In this document: positions 58,427 to 64,000 of the stretch, in pieces | Layout of the letters: each line of letters starts with the position of its first letter | Position numbering within the stretch: position 1 is the stretch's first letter | Assembly: GCA_965238075.1 (NCBI GenBank) | Contig: OZ250173.1 | Location: forward strand, 2,400,001 to 2,464,000 | Source: Candidatus Entotheonellaceae bacterium | GTDB taxonomy: Bacteria; Tectomicrobia; Entotheonellia; Entotheonellales; Entotheonellaceae | Length of the DNA: 64,000 bases | Direction: 5' to 3' | The notes under the pieces: model-generated | Database searches by the model: none | Told to the model about the DNA's origin: nothing | The model's input: the letters and a program-made list of their open reading frames with translations, nothing else | Position numbers and translations under genes: made by a program

Positions 58427-59608
58427 ATGAAGGAAGCCGTTATCGTGTCGACCGCCCGCACGGGGCTGGCCAAATCCTATCGCGGATCGTTCAACAACCT
58501 CGAGGTGCCCAGCATGGTTGCGCCGGTTATCCAGGCGGTCATCGAGCGTGCCGGGGTCGAGCCTGGGGAGGTCGAGGACGTGGTCATGGGGGCGGCCATT
58601 CAGCAGGGAACGCAGGGGTACAACTATGCCCGGCAGTGCGCCATTGCCGCCGGCCTGCCGGTGACCACCGCGGGCATGAGCGTCGACCGCCAGTGCTCCT
58701 CCGGCATGATGGCGATCGCCACGGCTGCCAAGAGCGTTATGGTCGATGACGTGCCCATCGCCGTGGCCGGCGGCGCCGAGTCCATCAGCCTCGTGCAGAA
58801 TGAGCATGCTAATGCCTATCGTCGGAAAGACCCGCTGGTCATGCAACTCCGTCCCGAGACCTACATGAGCATGATCGACACCGCCGAGGTAGTGGCCGAC
58901 CGCTACCGGGTGAGCCGCGAGGTGCAGGACGAATACGCCCTGGAAAGCCAGAACCGTACCGTCGCGGCTCAGGCGGCGGGGAAATTCGACGATGAGATCA
59001 TCCCCATCAATACCAGTATGGCGGTGGTCGACAGGGAAACCAAGGAAATCTCCTACAAGGACGTGACGGTTACCCAGGATGAATGTAATCGCCCCGGCAC
59101 CACGTTGGAAGGGCTGTCGAGCCTCAAGTCGGTGCGCGACGGCGGTACCGTGACGGCCGGCAACGCCAGTCAGCTATCAGACGGCGCCTCGGCGGTGCTG
59201 GTGATGGACGCCAAGCTGGCCGAGAAGCGCGGCCTGCAGCCCCTGGGCATCTATCACGGCGTGGCGGTGTCCGGTTGCGAGCCGGATGAGATGGGCATTG
59301 GCCCGGTTTTCGCGGTGCCGCGCCTGCTGGAACGCAAAGGGCTGAAGATGGATGACATCGATCTGTGGGAACTCAACGAGGCGTTCGCGGTGCAGACCGT
59401 GTATTGCCGCGACCGGCTGGGCATTCCCATGGAACGCCTTAACGTCAACGGCGGGTCGATTTCCATCGGCCATCCCTACGGCATGACTGGCGCCCGCCTT
59501 GTTGGCCATGCGCTCATTGAAGGCAAGCGGCGCGGCGCCAAATATGTGGTCGTGACCATGTGCATCGGTGGCGGCATGGGCGCAGCCGGCCTGTTCGAGA
59601 TCGCCTGA
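58427..59608 (+). CDS. Thiolase (acetyl-CoA C-acyltransferase)
   Basis: [37 protein letters not shown]. Confidence 0.96.
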   Translation: MKEAVIVSTARTGLAKSYRGSFNNLEVPSMVAPVIQAVIERAGVEPGEVEDVVMGAAIQQGTQGYNYARQCAIAAGLPVTTAGMSVDRQCSSGMMAIATAAKSVMVDDVPIAVAGGAESISLVQNEHANAYRRKDPLVMQLRPETYMSMIDTAEVVADRYRVSREVQDEYALESQNRTVAAQAAGKFDDEIIPINTSMAVVDRETKEISYKDVTVTQDECNRPGTTLEGLSSLKSVRDGGTVTAGNASQLSDGASAVLVMDAKLAEKRGLQPLGIYHGVAVSGCEPDEMGIGPVFAVPRLLERKGLKMDDIDLWELNEAFAVQTVYCRDRLGIPMERLNVNGGSISIGHPYGMTGARLVGHALIEGKRRGAKYVVVTMCIGGGMGAAGLFEIA

Positions 59609-59717
59609 GAAGCATCGCAACCGGGGCGAGCGTCACGGAACGGCCTCGCCCTGCAACCCGATTGCAGCCGACCTTGCCGTCTGTATGCGCCCGCAAGCTG
59701 TGGCGAAGGAGAAAAAC

Positions 59718-60143
59718 ATGCTCAAGAAATGGGTCTTCGTCTTGCTGCCGTTGTTGGCATTTGGATGTGCCGGCTCTCCAGGCCGGGTGTTGCTTACGAA
59801 GTCCGATAAGCTGCAAGCCGTTTCCACGCTCGACCTCTGCAAATCCTACTTCCTGCGGCCTGCCGCCAAGTTGAAGCTCGAGTTGAAGGAACGGAACGAA
59901 TTCACATCCGAGGAGTGGTCTTTCATTGACCAGCAGAAGATTTACATCGACATGCGAGAGGTGGCGCTGGTGTGCGCGTGGGGGCATCCGGGGTTGTTCG
60001 GTTCGGTATCCGAGTCCGTGAGCGACGAGGTCGTTCATAAACAGTGGGTGTACCGCGCTTGCCCAGGGTGCAAGGCGCTGTACGTGTACACGGAGAACGG
60101 CAAGGTAACGAGTTGGCAGAACGTCAAGGCGCAGTCGCAGTGA
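59718..60143 (+). CDS. Putative lipoprotein (BamE/SmpA-like C-terminal pattern)
   Basis: AAGGAG RBS; lipobox LAFGC; WGHP...QWVY...YVYTENGKVTSWQ. Confidence 0.7.
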   Translation: MLKKWVFVLLPLLAFGCAGSPGRVLLTKSDKLQAVSTLDLCKSYFLRPAAKLKLELKERNEFTSEEWSFIDQQKIYIDMREVALVCAWGHPGLFGSVSESVSDEVVHKQWVYRACPGCKALYVYTENGKVTSWQNVKAQSQ

Positions 60144-60157
60144 CGGCACTTGGCGTC

Positions 60158-60433
60158 CTAAAACGACACGCATGCCGCCGTGATGACACGCAGAACGGAC
60201 TCCTGGCCCAACGCACGTTTGTACGCCTCCGTAATCTCCTCCGTCCGCCGCGTCCCGTCGGCCTCCGGCTTGGCCAGAATGAGCACCAGCTTCGTTCGCT
60301 CCCGTACGATCGTGCCCGACCCGTCGCGCCATTGTCTCGCAGCGTCCAGGACGGTCAGGCCGTCGGAGAAACGCGGCGTGATCTCGTCAGCCAGAAACGC
60401 CAGCCAAGCCGCAAGGTCTCCTGCAAGTCTCAC
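60158..60433 (-). pseudogene. N-terminally truncated DUF3574-like gene
   Basis: AFLADEITPRFSDGLTVLDA..QWR...RERTK...YK...QESVLRV...CVSF; no signal peptide or N-terminal strand. Confidence 0.6.
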
Positions 60434-60672
60434 GGGGCCTGTTTTGCGTCGGCGTTGTAGACCGTCAGGGCTTCCATGGCCAGTTCGGCGGGGTGCTTGA
60501 TGACTTCGAGTTCCGTATCGGGCGATACCGCGACGCCGCCTCGGGTGGCGAAGGTCACCCGGCAACCGCCGCCTTGCTTGGTGAGAACCCCGACTTGGCC
60601 GTCAGGCAAGCGCACGAGAGTCCAATCGCTCAGGTACTTGGCGGTTACCAGTCGGTCTTTTCGCGGTGCCAT
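60430..60672 (-). CDS. Small hypothetical protein
   Basis: 80 aa MAPRKD...; protein-like composition; GTGA overlap with the downstream frame. Confidence 0.5.
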   Translation of the reverse strand: MAPRKDRLVTAKYLSDWTLVRLPDGQVGVLTKQGGGCRVTFATRGGVAVSPDTELEVIKHPAELAMEALTVYNADAKQAP

Positions 60673-60719
60673 GATTTGCATCCCACCTGTTTCGATACCA
60701 TTTCCAGGTCGCCGTTCCG

Positions 60720-61175
60720 TTACGATTCCGTCGTCGTGTGCGGCCAAGTAATCCGGTCCGTCAGCGGCGGCGCCCCGGCCTGCTGCTGGGCTTGGGCAAT
60801 GGCCGTCAGCCAGGTGGTCAGGCGTTGGCAGCGGTTGCGCAGATCGTTGGGGGTATCGACATAGAGCCGGATCACCGCCCGCAGGCGGCTGGGGATATCC
60901 AGGTCGGGGTTGGCCACCATCTCCGGGTCCGCGGCCTGTTGTAGCACCAGGGCCAGGGCCTCCCGCCCACTGCTCAGCACGTTGCGGGCGTCTTCGATGG
61001 TCCGCTCGATCGCCAAGCGGGGCGTGCCGACGAGGTGCCCTTCGCGCCCCAACGCCTGCCAATCCACGGCGGCCAGTTCCGCCAAGGCCGGCCCGTACGT
61101 TTCGTGCAGCGCGTCGAGCTGGCGCAAGAGCGCTTCCACATTTCCCACCAAGTCGCTGAATTCATCTGAAGGCAT
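60720..61175 (-). CDS. Helical hypothetical protein
   Basis: GGAGG upstream; amphipathic helical pattern; co-oriented with uppP. Confidence 0.6.
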   Translation of the reverse strand: MPSDEFSDLVGNVEALLRQLDALHETYGPALAELAAVDWQALGREGHLVGTPRLAIERTIEDARNVLSSGREALALVLQQAADPEMVANPDLDIPSRLRAVIRLYVDTPNDLRNRCQRLTTWLTAIAQAQQQAGAPPLTDRITWPHTTTES

Positions 61176-61204
61176 GCGTTGCCATCCTCCCCGGGGTTGC
61201 CGGC

Positions 61205-61999
61205 TCAGCGCCACAGTAGCAAGACCGCGCCGGCTACGACGAGGCGATACCAGCCGAACGGCGCCAGGGTGTAACTGCCGAGCAGGCGAAGGAAAAACTT
61301 GACCGCCAGCCGCGCCGACAACCAGGCGACGGCAAAGCCGACGGCGAAGACCGGCAGGCTTTCGAGTTCCAGGTGTTGCCAGCTTTTCAGCAGGTCGTAC
61401 CCAATGGCGGCGAACATTACCGGCACGGCGGCGAGGAAGGAGTATTCGGTGGCCGTGCGGCGTTCAAGGCCGGCGATGCGCCCGCCGATGATGGTGGCCG
61501 CGGCGCGTGATACGCCGGGCCACAGCGACAGGCACTGGAACAGCCCGATCAGCAGCGCATCATGCCATTGCAAGGTGCCCAGACCTTCACGCCCGGGCCG
61601 CACCCACAGACGCTCGATCAACAGAATGGCCACTCCGCCGACGCCGAGCCCCAGGGCGACGGTGACGGGGTTGAACAGGTGCTGTTTGATGAAGCCATGT
61701 GCTGCGGCGCCGCATACCAGGGCGGGTAGGGTGGTGAGGCCGAGTAGCAGAAGCCCGCGGCTCCCCCCGAATTCGCTTTCCCGGCGTCCCGTCAGCAGGC
61801 TGCGGAAGCGGTCCCTGTAAAGTCCTACCACCGCCAGGATGGCGCCTGACTGAATGAATATCTGAAACGTTGCCGCCTGCGGTCCGCGCCAGTCGATCAG
61901 GTGCCCGACCACGATCATGTGTCCGGTGGACGAGACCGGGAGAAACTCCGTCAGCCCCTCAACGACGCCCAGGAGGACGGCCGACAGCACCATGAACAT
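61205..61999 (-). CDS. uppP: Undecaprenyl-diphosphate phosphatase
   Basis: GVVEGLTEFLPVSSTGH, IQSGAILAV, PGVSRAAATI, YSFL, FGWYR. Confidence 0.95.
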   Translation of the reverse strand: MFMVLSAVLLGVVEGLTEFLPVSSTGHMIVVGHLIDWRGPQAATFQIFIQSGAILAVVGLYRDRFRSLLTGRRESEFGGSRGLLLLGLTTLPALVCGAAAHGFIKQHLFNPVTVALGLGVGGVAILLIERLWVRPGREGLGTLQWHDALLIGLFQCLSLWPGVSRAAATIIGGRIAGLERRTATEYSFLAAVPVMFAAIGYDLLKSWQHLELESLPVFAVGFAVAWLSARLAVKFFLRLLGSYTLAPFGWYRLVVAGAVLLLWR

Positions 62000-62202
62000 G
62001 GACGGTTCTCCCAAACCCATTCCCGCGGCCTGCACCGCTGCCGAAAGCGGCATCCTAGCACAGCCCGCGATATGAGCAAAAGCCGCTCAGCCGCCAGCGA
62101 ACGGGCGCCCAGGGCGAAATATGCTACTATGCAAATGGTGTTCTCACCGTCTGAACTCAAGTCCTTATGCGGGGCGGAATCCCGCGTCGACGGAGCGTCG
62201 GC

Positions 62203-62757
62203 ATGACTCGAAACTTCATCCTGCTGCTTAGCGTTGCGTGTCTGGTCGTGGTGGCCGTCCTGTCTGGCGAACACGTCCTGTCCGGTACCTCCGAGGAGGG
62301 CGCGCTGGCCGCCGACGCGCAGACCATCATGCAGACCTTGCCGCATCTCAACGGCCCGCCGGTGACGCACGCCACGTTCGACGACAAGGTGCTCATCGTC
62401 ACCTTTTTCGCCAGTTGGTGCCCGCCCTGTCGCCAGGAGTTCGCGGACCTGAGCGACATCTACCTGCAACACCGCGAGGCCGGGCTGGAGGTCGTGGCTA
62501 TCAACCTATTCGAAGACTTCGACAACTTCTCCGACGATGAACGGCTGGCGACCTTTCTCGAACTGACCCAACCCCCCTTCACGGTGGTCAAAGGCAACGA
62601 CGCCATCTCGCAACAGTTCGGCACCATCCGGCGTATCCCCAGCCTGTTTGTTTTCGACCGTCAGGGCCGCCGGGTCCTGACATTCGCCCACGAGCGCGGC
62701 GCGCAAGCTACCCTCGACGCCGCGGCGCTGCGGCAAGTCATTTCACCGCTGCTGTAA
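62203..62757 (+). CDS. TlpA/ResA-like thioredoxin
   Basis: Signal/TM segment; FFASWCPPCRQE; IPSLFVFDRQG. Confidence 0.9.
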   Translation: MTRNFILLLSVACLVVVAVLSGEHVLSGTSEEGALAADAQTIMQTLPHLNGPPVTHATFDDKVLIVTFFASWCPPCRQEFADLSDIYLQHREAGLEVVAINLFEDFDNFSDDERLATFLELTQPPFTVVKGNDAISQQFGTIRRIPSLFVFDRQGRRVLTFAHERGAQATLDAAALRQVISPLL

Positions 62758-62795
62758 AGCGGATTCTCCCCAGCACACAAAAAGGAAGGTGAGCC

Positions 62796-63509
62796 ATGAG
62801 TCTTGCAGGCGTGCAGGCGCTGACGTTTGACGTGTTCGGCACGGTGGTTGATTGGCGCGGCAGCATCATTCGCGAGGGCGAGGCGTTGGGGGCAACGCAC
62901 GGCCTCGAGGTGGACTGGGCGGCGTTTGCCGACGCCTGGCGGGGCGACTACCGGCCGTCCATGGCGCGGGTGCGCAGCGGCGAGTTGCCGTGGACGAAAC
63001 TCGACGCCCTGCACCGGATGATCCTGGACGATCTACTCGAGAAACACGGCATCAGCACCCTGAACGAGGCCGACAAGCAGCACTGGAACCGCGTCTGGCA
63101 CCGTCTGACGCCGTGGCCGGATGCGGTGCCGGGGCTGACCCGCCTGCGGCAGCATTACGTGCTGGCGACGCTGTCGAACGGCAACGTGGCGCTGCTGACC
63201 AACATGGCCAAGCACGGCGGCCTGCCGTGGGATTGCATCCTGTCGGCGGAGATCGTGCGGCATTACAAGCCGGACCCGGAGACCTATCTGGGCGCTGCCG
63301 AGCTGCTGGGCCTGCAGCCCTCGGAGGTGATGATGGTGGCGGCGCACAAGTCGGACCTGAAAGCGGCCCAGGCCGTCGGCTTGCGCGCCGCCTTCGTGAC
63401 GCGTCCGCTCGAATACGGCCCCGGCGTCGAGGTGGACGTGGAGCCGGAACCGGCTTTCGATGTCCATGCTCATGATTTCAATGATCTCGCGGACCAGTTG
63501 GCGCGCTGA
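62796..63509 (+). CDS. Haloacid dehalogenase type II
   Basis: FDVFGTVVDW, LSNGN, YKPDP, MVAAH..DL. Confidence 0.92.
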   Translation: MSLAGVQALTFDVFGTVVDWRGSIIREGEALGATHGLEVDWAAFADAWRGDYRPSMARVRSGELPWTKLDALHRMILDDLLEKHGISTLNEADKQHWNRVWHRLTPWPDAVPGLTRLRQHYVLATLSNGNVALLTNMAKHGGLPWDCILSAEIVRHYKPDPETYLGAAELLGLQPSEVMMVAAHKSDLKAAQAVGLRAAFVTRPLEYGPGVEVDVEPEPAFDVHAHDFNDLADQLAR

Positions 63510-63525
63510 GACGGGGAGGTGAGCA

Positions 63526-64000
63526 TTGGTGCTGAGCGGGCAGATCGAAAAGATGGGGTCGCGGCTGGCGGAGCCGGTGGAATACCATCTGCCCATCGGT
63601 GACGAGCAGGTGGCGCTCAATCCCTTCCTGGGCCGCCGCCTGACCCTGAGCTACGCGGGCGTCATCACCTGCATTGCCTGCGGCGCCAAAACCAAGCGGA
63701 GCTTTTCGCAGGGGTATTGCTATCCCTGCTGCATGCGCCTGGCGCAGTGCGACCTGTGCATCGTCAAGCCCGAGACGTGCCACTACCACCTGGGCACGTG
63801 TCGCGAGCCGGAGTGGGGCGAGCAGCACTGCATGATTCCCCATTTCGTTTATCTGGCCAATGCCTCGGGGCTCAAGGTGGGCATTACCCGCACCTCGCAG
63901 GTGCCGACCCGCTGGATCGATCAGGGGGCGACGCAGGCGCTGGCCATTCTCAAGGTGCGGACGCGCCGCCAATCCGGCCTCATGGAGGCGGCGTTGAAAC
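63526..64000 (+). CDS. DUF2797-family Cys-rich protein (runs off the window end; absent from the ORF track)
   Basis: CIACG..TKRSFSQGYCYPC, QCDLCIVKPETCHY, CREPEWG, VYLAN.SGLKVGITR, TRWIDQGA; GGAGG RBS. Confidence 0.85.
   Translation, partial: MVLSGQIEKMGSRLAEPVEYHLPIGDEQVALNPFLGRRLTLSYAGVITCIACGAKTKRSFSQGYCYPCCMRLAQCDLCIVKPETCHYHLGTCREPEWGEQHCMIPHFVYLANASGLKVGITRTSQVPTRWIDQGATQALAILKVRTRRQSGLMEAALK

Overview
High-GC bacterial chromosomal segment, densely coding and mostly housekeeping or metabolic: purA, mtaB, thrB, tRNA-Leu(GAG)-secG-tpiA, a LysM lytic transglycosylase, thrC, ino1, rne, mce, archaeal-type asd, an AOR-family oxidoreductase, trmJ, a sigma-54 activator, xdhC-lipA-larE, tmk, a CoA-transferase pair, an intradiol dioxygenase, a dienelactone hydrolase, a thiolase and uppP. 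I see no integrase, transposase or CRISPR array. Four signals stand out. (1) A rhodanese-MoeB/E1 gene (35313-36503) is split in the ORF track by an in-frame TGA at the conserved PSC cysteine, followed by a SECIS-like hairpin, so it is probably a selenoprotein. (2) An AT-richer islet (about 40900-42810) encodes a GHKL Ser-kinase-like ATPase, a STAS protein and a PIN nuclease. It is coupled to a leftover C-terminus of a DNA methyltransferase and carries an amber stop near the PIN C-terminus: a candidate partner-switch-controlled nuclease (defence or toxin-antitoxin) module. (3) An ECF sigma/Cys-rich anti-sigma pair and a divergent secreted His-rich protein share an identical TGACG-N18-GAC promoter motif. 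(4) An atypical ubiquitin-like GG-terminated protein follows the AOR gene. All family assignments come from motif recognition by eye; no database searches were run.
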